A stretch of DNA of 64,000 nt. It comes from Candidatus Bathyarchaeota archaeon (GTDB taxonomy: Archaea; Thermoproteota; Bathyarchaeia; Bathyarchaeales; Bathycorpusculaceae). The stretch's first letter is position 1. Each line of letters begins with the position of its first letter. A program made the position numbers and the translations under genes. Below the pieces are notes generated by a model that saw only the letters and a program-made list of their open reading frames with translations, did not search any database and was not told the origin of the DNA. The stretch lies in the NCBI GenBank assembly GCA_963811105.1, contig CAWEPZ010000011.1, positions 1,024,001 to 1,088,000 of the forward strand, given 5' to 3'. Shown piece by piece: positions 40,256-51,082 of this stretch.

Positions 40256-40768
40256 ATGGAAGCCGAAAAAACAAAAATCATCTCCGTATTAGTTGAAAAC
40301 AAGCCAGGAGTATTGCACGGAGTAGCCAACCTCTTCCGGCGAAGAAACTTCAACATTGAAAGCATAACAGTCGGCCCAACTGAACACGCAGACATCTCTC
40401 GAATGACAATAACAGTCAACGAGGATGAAAAGACAATAGAGCAAGTCATCAAGCAACTAGCAAAACTCATTGACATACTAAAAGTTGAGGAACTGGAGGA
40501 AGGAAGCTATGTAATGCGTGAACTTGCTTTGATAAAAGTCAATGCGCCGAGCCCAAAAGAACGCTCCGACATAATAAACTGCGTAGAAGTTTTCCGAAGT
40601 AGAGTCATAGATGTTTCAATTGATAGCCTAACAGTCGAAATGACAGGAACACCTGACAAAATAGATGCATTCCTTAATCTGATGAAAACAACTGGCGTAA
40701 TTGAGCTTGCAAGAACGGGTATAACCGCATTAGCTAGAGGAGCAAAATCGATAAGAATAGACGAATAA
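40256..40768 (+). CDS. ilvN: Acetolactate synthase small subunit
   Basis: VENKPGVL, RRNFNIESI, RELALIKV, ELARTG. Confidence 0.95.
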   Translation: MEAEKTKIISVLVENKPGVLHGVANLFRRRNFNIESITVGPTEHADISRMTITVNEDEKTIEQVIKQLAKLIDILKVEELEEGSYVMRELALIKVNAPSPKERSDIINCVEVFRSRVIDVSIDSLTVEMTGTPDKIDAFLNLMKTTGVIELARTGITALARGAKSIRIDE

Positions 40769-40872
40769 ATCGTCTCTGTTGACGGAAACCCTTAACTCTC
40801 AGTTTCTCAAAATTCACAAACCTTCATGATAATTGTCTGAAAACAGGTTAATTGTAACAAAGGTGAAAAAAT

Positions 40873-42141
40873 ATGAATATAACAGAAAAAATCTTGGCTA
40901 AAGCTTCAGGAAAACAAGTTGTGCACCCACGAGAAATAGTTGATGCAAACGTGGACATGATAATGGTTCATGATTTAACTGGACCTTTGGCTGTAGAAGC
41001 TTTCAAAAAAATAGGCGTACAAAAAGTGTGGGATAACAGGAAAGCAGTGGTCATACTGGACCATCAGGTACCAGCGGAATCAGTTAAAGCTGCAGAACTG
41101 CACAAAACTATGCGGCAATTCGCCAAAGACCAAAAACTACGAATATATGATATTGGCAGAGGCGGTATCTGCCACCAAGTCATGCCGGAAAAAGGACATG
41201 TTGTTCCAGGAACCGTAATTGTTGGTGCTGATTCTCACACTTGCACTTATGGAGCCTTCGGAGCTTTCGCAACTGGCATCGGTTCGACTGAAGCAGCTGC
41301 AGTTTTTGCTACTGGAAAGATTTGGCTGAAAGTTCCCGAAGCAATAAAAGTAAATGTGACTGGAGAATTCCAAGATTTTGTTACTCCAAAAGACTTAGTA
41401 TTATCAATAATAGGGAAAATGAGCGTTGACGGCGCTATATACAAAAGCGTTGAATTCACTGGCCCAACTATAAAGGACATGAGTATAGCGGGAAGAATGA
41501 CAATATGCAACATGGCTGTGGAAATGGGTGCTAAAAACGGCATCATAGAACCAGACGAAACAACCCGCAAGTTCTTAGAAGGCAGAGTCAAGAAGTTGCC
41601 AAACTTTGAATCCTTGAAAAGCGATAAAGATGCAGTATACGAGCGCACAATTGAATTTGACGTTTCAAAGATGGAGCCGCAAGTTGCTTGTCCATCATCA
41701 GTTGACAATGTTAAACCAGTTTCGGAAGTAGGCAACATGCAAATTGAGCAGGCGTTTATCGGATCATGTACCAACGGCAGAATCGAAGATTTACGTTTAG
41801 CTGCTCGAGTCCTGAAAGGAAAACGCGTAAAAGATGGCGTTAGGGCACTGGTGATTCCAGCCTCTCAAGAAGTTTACAAACAAGCCTTAAACGAGGGCTT
41901 ACTAGAAATATTTACAGATGCAGGCGCAATAGTTTGCGGTTCAGCTTGCGGTCCATGCTTAGGTGGACACATCGGACTGTTAGCAGCAGAAGAAATATGC
42001 GTAAGCACTTCAAATCGGAACTTCATCGGGAGAATGGGCAGCACGCTGGCCAGCGTATTCTTGGCTTCGCCTGCAACTGTTGCTGCTTCAGCAATTACAG
42101 GGAAAATTACTGATCCAAGAAAACTGGAGGCAAAGGCATGA
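40873..42141 (+). CDS. leuC: 3-isopropylmalate dehydratase/homoaconitase large subunit
   Basis: DSHTCT, GSCTNGR, CGPCLG, STSNRNF. Confidence 0.92.
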   Translation: MNITEKILAKASGKQVVHPREIVDANVDMIMVHDLTGPLAVEAFKKIGVQKVWDNRKAVVILDHQVPAESVKAAELHKTMRQFAKDQKLRIYDIGRGGICHQVMPEKGHVVPGTVIVGADSHTCTYGAFGAFATGIGSTEAAAVFATGKIWLKVPEAIKVNVTGEFQDFVTPKDLVLSIIGKMSVDGAIYKSVEFTGPTIKDMSIAGRMTICNMAVEMGAKNGIIEPDETTRKFLEGRVKKLPNFESLKSDKDAVYERTIEFDVSKMEPQVACPSSVDNVKPVSEVGNMQIEQAFIGSCTNGRIEDLRLAARVLKGKRVKDGVRALVIPASQEVYKQALNEGLLEIFTDAGAIVCGSACGPCLGGHIGLLAAEEICVSTSNRNFIGRMGSTLASVFLASPATVAASAITGKITDPRKLEAKA

Positions 42142-42641
42142 ACCTGAAAATCGAAGGCGTGGCTATAAAATTCGGAAACAATGTTGACACAGATGTTATT
42201 TTGCCAGGAAAATACCTAATACTGATCGATCCTTACGAATTAGCAAAACATGCATTGGAAAGCTTAGACCCAACGTTCCCTGAAAAAGCAAAAAAAGGCG
42301 TCATTTTAGTCGGGGGCAAAAACTTTGGTTGCGGTTCAAGCAGAGAACAAGCTCCTTTAGCCTTAAAGTTTGCAGGTGTGAAATGCGTGTTAGCGGAATC
42401 TTTCGCAAGGATTTTCTTCCGAAACGCCATTAACATTGGCTTACCAGTAATTGAATGCAAAGGCATATCTAACGCCGTTGAAACAGGCGAAGAATTGGCG
42501 GTAGACTTTGAAGCTGGCAAGATAGAAAATGTTTCACGAGGCAAAAAGTTTCAAGTGGAGAAGCTTCCACCATTTATCTTAGAAATACTAGTTGAGGGCG
42601 GATTGATAGAAAATTTACGAAGGAGAATGAACAAAAAATGA
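42138..42641 (+). CDS. leuD: 3-isopropylmalate dehydratase small subunit
   Basis: VDTDVI, NFGCGSSREQA, SFARIFFRN. Confidence 0.92.
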   Translation: MNLKIEGVAIKFGNNVDTDVILPGKYLILIDPYELAKHALESLDPTFPEKAKKGVILVGGKNFGCGSSREQAPLALKFAGVKCVLAESFARIFFRNAINIGLPVIECKGISNAVETGEELAVDFEAGKIENVSRGKKFQVEKLPPFILEILVEGGLIENLRRRMNKK

Positions 42642-43675
42642 CTGAATACATAATTTCCCTGATTCCTGGCGACGGGATTGGCCCAGAATTAACAGAAGCC
42701 ACCTTGAAAGTTTTAGATGCCGTTAAGAAGAAGTTTGGCATTGAACTTAAAATTGTTGAAGCAGAAGCAGGAGACGCAACTTTAGCTAAAAGAGGTGCAG
42801 CCCTTCCTGCTGAAAGCGTAGAAATAATCAAGGGATCCCACGCTTGTCTAAAAGGACCAGTTGGCGAAACTGCAGCAGATGTCATCGTTAAACTCCGTTT
42901 GATGTTTGATTTGTATGCTAATCTCCGTCCTTTGAAAACTTATCCAAACGTTCCAGTTGCCAGGCCAGACATTGACATGATATTTGTTAGGGAAAACACC
43001 GAGGACGTTTACAAAGGATTGGAATTCGCCATAGGCAACGACACAACCATATGCCTAAGAATAATTACGAGAGGAAATTGTGAACGCATAGCCAAAAAAG
43101 CCTTCGAAATTGCACGCTTACGCAACGGCAAAAAGAAAGTAACTGCTATACACAAAGCGAACGTCATGAGAATAACGGACGGATTATTTGCCAGCGTATG
43201 CCGCGAAACAGCAAAGAGGTACCCAGACATCGCCTTTAACGAATTATATGTTGATGCTGCTTCAATGCGATTGATAAAAGAGCCGCAGGAATTTGATGTC
43301 TTCTGTACCTGCAACATGTTCGGCGACATTCTCTCAGATGAAGCCGCTCAGCTAATCGGCGGGTTAGGCATGGCTCCAGGCGCAAACATAGGTGACAACT
43401 TTGCTCTCTTTGAACCCATCCACGGTTCAGCACCAAACAGAGCAGGGAAACATACAGCAAACCCAATCTCCATGATACTATCTGCGAAAATGATGCTGGA
43501 GTGGATAGGCGAAAAATACAACGATAAAAAAAGCATACAAGCAGGCAAAGCAATAGAGAACGGAGTAATATACGCATTACGTAACGGTCAAACTGTTCCA
43601 GACTGCGGCGGCAACACTACGACCGTGGGAATGGCAGAAGCCATTGCTGCAGCCTTGACAGTGAAAACTGGTTGA
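42638..43675 (+). CDS. leuB: 3-isopropylmalate/isocitrate-family dehydrogenase
   Basis: PGDGIGPE, RENTE, NMFGDILSD, FEPIHGSAP. Confidence 0.9.
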   Translation: MTEYIISLIPGDGIGPELTEATLKVLDAVKKKFGIELKIVEAEAGDATLAKRGAALPAESVEIIKGSHACLKGPVGETAADVIVKLRLMFDLYANLRPLKTYPNVPVARPDIDMIFVRENTEDVYKGLEFAIGNDTTICLRIITRGNCERIAKKAFEIARLRNGKKKVTAIHKANVMRITDGLFASVCRETAKRYPDIAFNELYVDAASMRLIKEPQEFDVFCTCNMFGDILSDEAAQLIGGLGMAPGANIGDNFALFEPIHGSAPNRAGKHTANPISMILSAKMMLEWIGEKYNDKKSIQAGKAIENGVIYALRNGQTVPDCGGNTTTVGMAEAIAAALTVKTG

Positions 43676-43679
43676 AAAA

Positions 43680-45203
43680 ATGACAAATAAAACTTCAAAA
43701 CGTATCCGTATTTTTGACACAACATTAAGAGATGGGGAACAAACCCCCGGCGTATCTTTAACTGCAGATGACAAGATTGAGATTGCACGTCAACTGAGCA
43801 AACTAGGCGTTGACATTATTGAAGCCGGTTTTCCAAGTTCATCTGAAGGCGAGAAAAAAGTTGTCGCTCAAATAGCGAAAGACGGTTTGGAACCAGAAAT
43901 TTGTGCACTATCGCGTGCAACCAAAGGCGATATTGATGCCGCCGTTGCCTGCGACGTGGACTTAATCCACGTCTTCATTCCCACTTCGCCCGTACAAATG
44001 AAGTATGCTGTAAACTTAACTCCTGAACAAGTACTTGCCTCAACCATAGAATCTATTGAGCATGTGAAGAAGCACGGCATGAAATGCGAGTTTTCTCCTA
44101 TGGATGCCACACGCTCAGAAATGCCTTTCCTAAAACAAGTTTGCCAAGCAGCAGAAAAAGCAGGCATGGACACTTTAAACGTCCCAGATACTGTGGGAAT
44201 AATGACTCCAAAAACAACCATAAAGCTTATCGAGGAACTCAAAACGGTAGTTAAAGTTCCCGTTAGTACGCATTGTCATGATGACTTTGGTTTGGCGGTT
44301 GCAAACTCCTTAGCTGCTGTTGAAGCAGGCGCTGCCCAAGTGCATGTTGCCATTAACGGTTTAGGTGAGCGAGCAGGTAACGCGTCGCTGGAAGAAGTAG
44401 TTATGGCTTTACATGAGATTTACAATTATAAGACAAACGTAAACACACGGTTATTGTTCAGCACATCCAGAATGGTGGCTTCATTAACTGGCATAGCAGT
44501 GCAAGCGAACAAAGCAATTGTTGGCGAGAACGCGTTTGCCCATGAATCAGGTATTCACACTCGCGGAGTAACAGAGAAACCACTAACGTTTGAGCCGATA
44601 AACCCTGAGTTAGTGGGTCGTACAAGAAAATTAGTTGCTGGAAAACTGGCTGGATCCCGCGGCATAAGAGCTGAGCTAGAAGAGATAGATATTCACCCAA
44701 CTGAAGATCAACTTAAAGAAATTGTACAACGCGTCAAAGAACTCGGGGAAAAGGGCAAGATGATAACTGATGCGGATTTGCTGGCATTAACTTCTGCGGT
44801 TATGGGCGAAGTAATAGGCGAAGAAAAAATCGTTGACTTATGCGACTTGGCAGTTGTAACAGGCATCAAAGTTATCCCAACAGCATCAGTTAGGCTAACT
44901 TTGGACGGCAAAGAGCACATTGCCGCAGAAACGGGAGTTGGCCCAGTAGACGCAGTCTTAAAAGCCATCCAAAAACTAACCAATAACCTAGAAAATATTA
45001 GCCTCAGCGAGTACCGGCTTGAGGCCATCACTGGCGGCTCAAATGCAGTTGCAGAAGTCGTCATAAAAGTTCAAGATGAAAAAGGCAATATCGTTTCAGC
45101 TCGGGCAGCTAGAGAAGACATCGTTATGGCTAGCGTTGAAGCAATGATAAACGGTATAAACAAACTCTTGATAAAGAATCGTAAGCAGGGAAACAAAAAG
45201 TGA
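43680..45203 (+). CDS. leuA: 2-isopropylmalate (or citramalate) synthase
   Basis: DTTLRDGEQ, HCHDDFG, GERAGN, HESGIH, C-terminal regulatory domain GVGPVDA. Confidence 0.88.
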   Translation: MTNKTSKRIRIFDTTLRDGEQTPGVSLTADDKIEIARQLSKLGVDIIEAGFPSSSEGEKKVVAQIAKDGLEPEICALSRATKGDIDAAVACDVDLIHVFIPTSPVQMKYAVNLTPEQVLASTIESIEHVKKHGMKCEFSPMDATRSEMPFLKQVCQAAEKAGMDTLNVPDTVGIMTPKTTIKLIEELKTVVKVPVSTHCHDDFGLAVANSLAAVEAGAAQVHVAINGLGERAGNASLEEVVMALHEIYNYKTNVNTRLLFSTSRMVASLTGIAVQANKAIVGENAFAHESGIHTRGVTEKPLTFEPINPELVGRTRKLVAGKLAGSRGIRAELEEIDIHPTEDQLKEIVQRVKELGEKGKMITDADLLALTSAVMGEVIGEEKIVDLCDLAVVTGIKVIPTASVRLTLDGKEHIAAETGVGPVDAVLKAIQKLTNNLENISLSEYRLEAITGGSNAVAEVVIKVQDEKGNIVSARAAREDIVMASVEAMINGINKLLIKNRKQGNKK

Positions 45204-46012
45204 AAGTTGCCTTCCAAGGCGAACCAGGAGCATATAGCGAAAGTGCAGTCTTCCAAGTCTTCGGAGAAAATACACAGGTTAAACCATGCAAAGACTTCAA
45301 AGACGTTTTTGAAAACGTCTGCTCAGCGGAAACAAATTTTGGCGTTGTCCCAGTCGAGAACAGCTTAGAAGGCAGCATAAATCAAAACTACGACCTCTTT
45401 CTAAGATATGATTTGAAGGTTTTCGGAGAAGTCATTGTAAAAATCGAGCACTGCCTTATCACAAATCCCGGCACTGCTTTGTCCGACATCAAATTTGTTT
45501 ATTCTCATCCTCAAGCGCTGGCACAGTGCCGAAGCTTCTTGGAGGATTTCGGGCGCGAACTCATACCATCATATGACACAGCCGGAAGCGTCAAGTTGAT
45601 TAAAGAAAAAGGCTTAAAAAACGCTGCGGCGATTGCAAGTGAAAGAGCAGCCAACATATACAGCATGCATATCGTCGCCAAAGACATCGCAGACAACCCT
45701 GAGAACTACACGCGGTTCTTCATCCTTTCAACCGAGGATTCACCCGCATCCGGCAATGATAAAACCTCAATAATTTTCTCCGCAAAACATGAGCCAGGCT
45801 CACTTTATCATGCTATTGGGGAATTCGCTAAAAGAAACATCAACCTTACCAAAATCGAGTCGAGACCCACAAAGAAAACTGCATGGGAATACAATTTCTA
45901 CCTTGACTTTGAAGGACACCGAACCGAACCCATACGTGCAGAAGCCTTGAAAGCTTTGGAGAAATATTCAATTTTTATCAAAATCTTAGGTTCATACCCT
46001 AAAGGCGTTTAA
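45200..46012 (+). CDS. pheA: Prephenate dehydratase
   Basis: PVENSLEG, SHPQALAQC, TRF, ACT domain LTKIESRP. Confidence 0.95.
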   Translation: MKVAFQGEPGAYSESAVFQVFGENTQVKPCKDFKDVFENVCSAETNFGVVPVENSLEGSINQNYDLFLRYDLKVFGEVIVKIEHCLITNPGTALSDIKFVYSHPQALAQCRSFLEDFGRELIPSYDTAGSVKLIKEKGLKNAAAIASERAANIYSMHIVAKDIADNPENYTRFFILSTEDSPASGNDKTSIIFSAKHEPGSLYHAIGEFAKRNINLTKIESRPTKKTAWEYNFYLDFEGHRTEPIRAEALKALEKYSIFIKILGSYPKGV

Positions 46013-46039
46013 CTTCGTAATTTTGGTTTCAATTAGATT

Positions 46040-46394
46040 TTACTTCTTCTCTTTTTTGGGCGGTAATGATGAAACGTACTTTATTGATTTGCCCAACCAT
46101 ATAGCAAAAAATCCATTGTCAGAGTAAAGAATTTTGGAAGAACAACATAACCTTCCATAGCCCTTCCCGGAATTGGTTCAGAGATGCAATAACATCCTTT
46201 CACTTTTTCATTATTTCCGCAATGTCAACGTCCGATAGCCGCAGGAAAGTCTAACACCGTAGACTCCAAAAAACATAATTGCCATTACTAAAATATGCTG
46301 GGTGCCCGAAGATAATGCCGCAATCGCATTTTGTGTCTTTCATTTTTTCTGTTATGGCTCTACAAGTTCCGCCATGGCTTTCGTCCCATTCCAA
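46040..46394 (-). pseudogene. Decayed TfoX/Sxy N-terminal-domain gene
   Basis: Fragments in mixed frames: IFGHPAYFSNGN, EPIPGRAMEGYVVLP, WLGKSIKYVSSLPPKKEKK-stop. Confidence 0.65.
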
Positions 46395-46454
46395 AAAATC
46401 AGCTCAGACTATTAAAGCAAAAAATAATTACTTTAGTTTTTCTATCGGTATTTA

Positions 46455-47327
46455 TTACTCTGCAGATTCAAGCATCTTATACATGACATCATAGGACTTC
46501 GCGAAGTCTGTATCAGTCTCTTTTAGCTTTGCCTTCAACTGTTCCATCCGCTCAACGATTGCTTTTGCGTCTTTCTTTCTAATCAGACCCAACCATTCTT
46601 GCGCTTTTGCCATAAACTGGTCTTCGATTTTGCTCAGATCAGGCAAATCTGTTTGCAAACTTGCGTAGAGGTCCGGCGTTTCCAAAGCTGTTGCTTCCGC
46701 CAGAGTGAATAGCATTCGGTAGGTTATGCCTGCCACCTTCTTGGTTTCGGGCAAATTCTTCTGTTCCAAAAGTGTCTCACACGCAACTAAACCAAGAAAA
46801 TGTGGCAAACCGAGAACAACCGACATTAATTCATCATGTTTTTTCGGCGACATAACAAATACGTGAGCTTCCTCTTTCTCCAGCACTTTCTTAAATTCTT
46901 GAGCAAACTTTTCTTCTGCAGCATTTGTTGGGGTTAGGATGTAAGCCTTATGCTTAACGCCGTTGCTTCCTGGCCCAAAAACGGGGTGCGTACCCAGCGC
47001 CAAAGCTTCTTTAATGTTTTCATGCATGAGTTTGACAGGGGTTTCTTTAATTGAGCAGATATCCATTACGATTTGTCCTTTGTGAAGTACTGGAGCAATG
47101 GTTTTGACTACTTCTTCAAAGGCTGTGATAGATACACAGATTAGTACTTGGTCAACGCCAATTACTGCTTCTCTGAAATCAGTGGTTGTATTGATCTGCA
47201 ATTGCTTTTTGAGGTTAGCTATTTTTTCTTTTTTTCTATCAGCCAAAGTAACGGAGTAACCTTTTGAATGATAAAATTTAGCGAACCAAACACCCATTTT
47301 ACCTGCGCCAATTACGGCGATTTTCAT
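46455..47327 (-). CDS. tyrA: Prephenate dehydrogenase
   Basis: GAGKMG, DICSIK, HPVFGP, HDELMS..LGLPH. Confidence 0.93.
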   Translation of the reverse strand: MKIAVIGAGKMGVWFAKFYHSKGYSVTLADRKKEKIANLKKQLQINTTTDFREAVIGVDQVLICVSITAFEEVVKTIAPVLHKGQIVMDICSIKETPVKLMHENIKEALALGTHPVFGPGSNGVKHKAYILTPTNAAEEKFAQEFKKVLEKEEAHVFVMSPKKHDELMSVVLGLPHFLGLVACETLLEQKNLPETKKVAGITYRMLFTLAEATALETPDLYASLQTDLPDLSKIEDQFMAKAQEWLGLIRKKDAKAIVERMEQLKAKLKETDTDFAKSYDVMYKMLESAE

Positions 47328-48403
47328 TTAAGCCCCTCGCTTATTATCTCAAGAGCAGTTTTGATTTCGTTTCTTGGCGCAGTTAACGAAATGCGGAAAT
47401 GTTCTTTGTAATCTCCAAATGCAGTGCCTGGAGCTACTGCTACACCTTTGTCAAGTAAGTCTAAGGTGAATTTTTCCGAGTTTAAACCTGGGCGCTTTGG
47501 AAAAACGTAGAATGGTGCTTCAGGCTTTGTGAAGAAGAAACCTGCTTTTGCCAAAGTTTTGCTTGCCATTTTTGCTCGTTCCTCGTATTCTTCTTTTATG
47601 TTTGTGGCAAGCTGTTTTTGCAGTTCTAGTGCTTTTAATGCTGCTTCTTGAATAAAAACGGGGACGTTGTTGATGGTGATTTGGTTGAGTTTAGTAATGT
47701 TGTCAACAAATCGTTTATTTGCTATTATGTAGCCTATTCTCCATCCAGTCATGCTAAATGTTTTGGAGAACCCTGTTGTGAGAATATGTGTTTGGTCACG
47801 GTCGTATTCCAAGATGCTTTTGGTTTTAACGAAGCTAATTGTTCCGTATACTTCATCTGAGAGGATGGTAACGCTTTTTTTGTTGGCTATTTCTACGATG
47901 CCTTCAAGAGTTTCAGCATCCATAACTTTGCTTGTAGGATTGTTTGGGTTGTTAAGTATTATCATTCGGGTGTCTTTGTCAATCATGCCTTCAAGCTTGT
48001 TCAAGTCGATTTTCCAGCCGTCTTCCATCTCTGTCCGCAGCAGTTTAGTCTTTGCTCCGAGGCTTTTAGCGATTAAATCGTAAGCTGTCCAGTAAGGTGT
48101 AGGGATGATAACGTTTCCTCCACCCTTCATTATAAGATACATGGTTGCGAAAACGCCCCATTTTGAACCAGGCGTAATTACAACGTTTTCAGTGTTAACC
48201 CCATGAAGTTCAGCAAGTTTTTGCCGAAGTTCGCTCTCGCCATAAGAAGAGGAATACTTTGTTTTTCCGGCCTTCATTGAGGCGTAAGCTGCTTCAATTA
48301 TCTCGTTAGGTGTAGCTAAGTCAGGGTCACCTAGGTTCAAGCGTATTATCTTCTTTCCTTCGCTTTCTAGCCTTATGGCTTTCTCATTTATTTCGTAGAG
48401 CAT
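47324..48403 (-). CDS. Class I/II PLP aminotransferase (aromatic/aspartate)
   Basis: NNPNNPT, SDEVY, FSKTFSMTGWRIG. Confidence 0.92.
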   Translation of the reverse strand: MLYEINEKAIRLESEGKKIIRLNLGDPDLATPNEIIEAAYASMKAGKTKYSSSYGESELRQKLAELHGVNTENVVITPGSKWGVFATMYLIMKGGGNVIIPTPYWTAYDLIAKSLGAKTKLLRTEMEDGWKIDLNKLEGMIDKDTRMIILNNPNNPTSKVMDAETLEGIVEIANKKSVTILSDEVYGTISFVKTKSILEYDRDQTHILTTGFSKTFSMTGWRIGYIIANKRFVDNITKLNQITINNVPVFIQEAALKALELQKQLATNIKEEYEERAKMASKTLAKAGFFFTKPEAPFYVFPKRPGLNSEKFTLDLLDKGVAVAPGTAFGDYKEHFRISLTAPRNEIKTALEIISEGLK

Positions 48404-48431
48404 TACTGTTAACTCCCGTTAAGAGTTCTTT

Positions 48432-48692
48432 TTACTGTTGAACAGCACTGCACATATTAACTATTTCGCGGTAAACCGCTTCAATTTGCAGGGGATCAAG
48501 ATTAAATTCAACAGCTTTTTGCTTGACATGCTTATAGAGCTGATTTTCTCTGGAAGTATCTCTTACCTGCATTCCTTGTTTTTTCTTAACTTTTCCAATA
48601 GCCCTGCAGATTTTTGCTCGCTCGTTTAGAGCATTGAGGATTTGCTCGTCAATTTCATCTACTTGTTTTCGAAGTTGTTGGATTTCATTCAT
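48432..48692 (-). CDS. Chorismate mutase (AroQ)
   Basis: LRKQVDEID...NER...K...RD..RE. Confidence 0.92.
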   Translation of the reverse strand: MNEIQQLRKQVDEIDEQILNALNERAKICRAIGKVKKKQGMQVRDTSRENQLYKHVKQKAVEFNLDPLQIEAVYREIVNMCSAVQQ

Positions 48693-49801
48693 TATTTTTG
48701 TCTCTCCAAAACTTTCGGTATTAAGCCAGCCCGAATCATTTGGTCAGCTAAGATTATGGCAACCGCGGATTCTATAGCTGGCACAGCTTTTGGAACCACA
48801 CAGGGGTCATGTCTACCCTTGACGGTGAGGCGCGCATCTTTCATTGCAGTTAGGTTAACGGTCTTCTGTTCTTTGCCGATGGAAGGTGTCGGTTTAATTG
48901 CCACTCTCATCAAGATAGGCATGCCATTGGATAACCCACCTAAAATTCCACCCATATTATGTGTGGACGTTGCAACTACCCCGCCCTCCATAACGTAGGG
49001 GTCGTTGGTTTCTGAGCCTTTGAGCTCTGAAATTCTGAAGCCCAAACCGAACTCAACCCCTTTGACCGCGGGAACATTAAACAATGCCTTCGCTAAATCC
49101 GCATCAAGAGAATCAAACAGTGGTTCACCAACACCTACTGGAACATTCAGCACTATACATTCTACTATTCCGCCAAGACTCTCGCCTTCTTTGCGGGCAT
49201 TAACTATAGCCTCTTCCATTCTTTCTGCACAAGCCAAGTCTGGACACCTCGTAGACGCTACATATCTGTTCCTGCGAATTTCTTCTGCACTGAACTTTTT
49301 GTCACTTTTAACTTTGCCAATTGATGTGCTGTAAGCTAACACATCAACATCGAATCTGCCCAGTAGTTTTTTGGCTACTGCTCCAGCCATGATAAGTGCA
49401 ACGGTGACTCTGCCTGAAAAGCGTCCGCCACCACGATAATCTCGAAAGCCCCCATACTTCACATGAGCAGGATAGTCAGAGTGCCCAGGCCTTGGCAGAT
49501 CCTTGATGGCTTCGTAATCATTTGAGTCAACTTCCTTATTTTCAACCATCAACGCTATTGGAGCACCAGTTGTAAACCCATTGAAAACCCCCGATAATAT
49601 CTTTATAACGTCTTTTTCGATTCTTCCAGAAACAATTTTTGGCTCTGCTGGAATGCGCCTGTCCAAGTCCATTTGAATATCTGCTTCTGTAAGAGGCAAG
49701 CCTGCTGGGCAACCGTCCACCACTACGCCAACGACTTTGCCGTGGCTTTCACCGAAACTGGTTACTGTGAACTCTTTACCTATCGAATTTCCCGCCAACA
49801 A
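48692..49801 (-). CDS. aroC: Chorismate synthase
   Basis: GESHG, RPGHSD, RGGGRFSGR, GRHDPC. Confidence 0.96.
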   Translation of the reverse strand: MLAGNSIGKEFTVTSFGESHGKVVGVVVDGCPAGLPLTEADIQMDLDRRIPAEPKIVSGRIEKDVIKILSGVFNGFTTGAPIALMVENKEVDSNDYEAIKDLPRPGHSDYPAHVKYGGFRDYRGGGRFSGRVTVALIMAGAVAKKLLGRFDVDVLAYSTSIGKVKSDKKFSAEEIRRNRYVASTRCPDLACAERMEEAIVNARKEGESLGGIVECIVLNVPVGVGEPLFDSLDADLAKALFNVPAVKGVEFGLGFRISELKGSETNDPYVMEGGVVATSTHNMGGILGGLSNGMPILMRVAIKPTPSIGKEQKTVNLTAMKDARLTVKGRHDPCVVPKAVPAIESAVAIILADQMIRAGLIPKVLERQK

Positions 49802-51080
49802 TTTCAGCTCCTAATTGTTTTAGATGAGTAAAGAACTGCGGATAAGACTTTCGAACGCACTGCGCATTGTGAATTGTTGTTTGGCTTTCTGCCCGTAATG
49901 CTGCAACTGTGCAAGCCATCGCAATACGGTGGTCATTATGAGGGTCAATAACAGCACCATGAAGTGGAGATAGACCTTCGACAGTAAGACTACTAGAATC
50001 CACAGTTAATTGAGCGCCCATCTTTCCAAGTTCAGCATGAAGCGCTGCTAACCTATCTGACTCTTTGAGTCTGAGCCTTTGCGCTCCAGTAATGTGAGAG
50101 GTGCCTTTGGCATAACAAGCAAGCGTAGTGCAAATTGGGACAAGATCGGGAATATTCTTAGCATCAATATTAACGGCCTCTAGTGGGCTGCCAGATCCAG
50201 CTATTTCAACACTGTCCGAACATACTTTTCCATCAACGCCCATTTGCTTGAGGATTCCCACAATTGCTCTGTCGCCTTGAACGCTATTGTAAACAAGATT
50301 GCTTACTCTAACATTCGAGTTGGTTATGGCCGCTGCAGCTAGAAGAAAAGCAGCTGAAGAGAAATCACCAGGCACTTTGTCATCAATGGGCATGTATGTT
50401 TGGTTGGCTGGGATAAATATTCGTTCGTAGTTTCCATGAATTTCTATGCTTATCCCGTGGTTGAAAAGGACATTTTGCGTCATTCTAACGTAATCTACCG
50501 ACTCAAGCGGCGATGTCACAAGGATTTCGGTGTCCACTTTTGCCATTGGGCAAGCAAACATTAACCCTGAAATAAACTGAGAACTGACGTTGCCGGGAAT
50601 AGAGGTTTCACCTCCAAGAATCCCACCGCCCTGAACGAAGACGGCGTCTTTGTTTCCTATTTTTTTAACGTAAGCTCTAGCACCCAGGTCATCGAGGCTT
50701 TTAAGCAGCGGTTCGATGGGACGGCGTTCAAGAGAACCACCAAAAATCAACAGTGAAGGATCCGGTGTAAGGGCGGCTATGGGTATCATTAAGCGAAACG
50801 TAGTTCCAGATTCGCCGCAGTCAACAGGCTCTTTTGCGTTTTCAAGCGGATTTGCACCAGTAACTGTCCAGCAGCCTTCCGACGAATGCACTTTTGCACC
50901 CAAAGCCGTAACTGCGCGCAACGTTGCTTTTGTATCGTCGGAAAGCAGGGGATTAGAAACCTTTGCAGCCCCATTTGAAAGAGCAGCGGCTATGAGCATT
51001 CGCTGCGTATAAGACTTGGAAGCTGGCGCACAAACCTCGCCACTTAGTTTTTCAGTTTTCTTAACAATAACATCTACCAT
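49776..51080 (-). CDS. aroA: EPSP synthase
   Basis: SKSYTQR, GESGTT, SSQF, RLKESDR, DHRIAM, KSYP. Confidence 0.96.
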   Translation of the reverse strand: MVDVIVKKTEKLSGEVCAPASKSYTQRMLIAAALSNGAAKVSNPLLSDDTKATLRAVTALGAKVHSSEGCWTVTGANPLENAKEPVDCGESGTTFRLMIPIAALTPDPSLLIFGGSLERRPIEPLLKSLDDLGARAYVKKIGNKDAVFVQGGGILGGETSIPGNVSSQFISGLMFACPMAKVDTEILVTSPLESVDYVRMTQNVLFNHGISIEIHGNYERIFIPANQTYMPIDDKVPGDFSSAAFLLAAAAITNSNVRVSNLVYNSVQGDRAIVGILKQMGVDGKVCSDSVEIAGSGSPLEAVNIDAKNIPDLVPICTTLACYAKGTSHITGAQRLRLKESDRLAALHAELGKMGAQLTVDSSSLTVEGLSPLHGAVIDPHNDHRIAMACTVAALRAESQTTIHNAQCVRKSYPQFFTHLKQLGAEIVGGKFDR

Positions 51081-51082
51081 TA

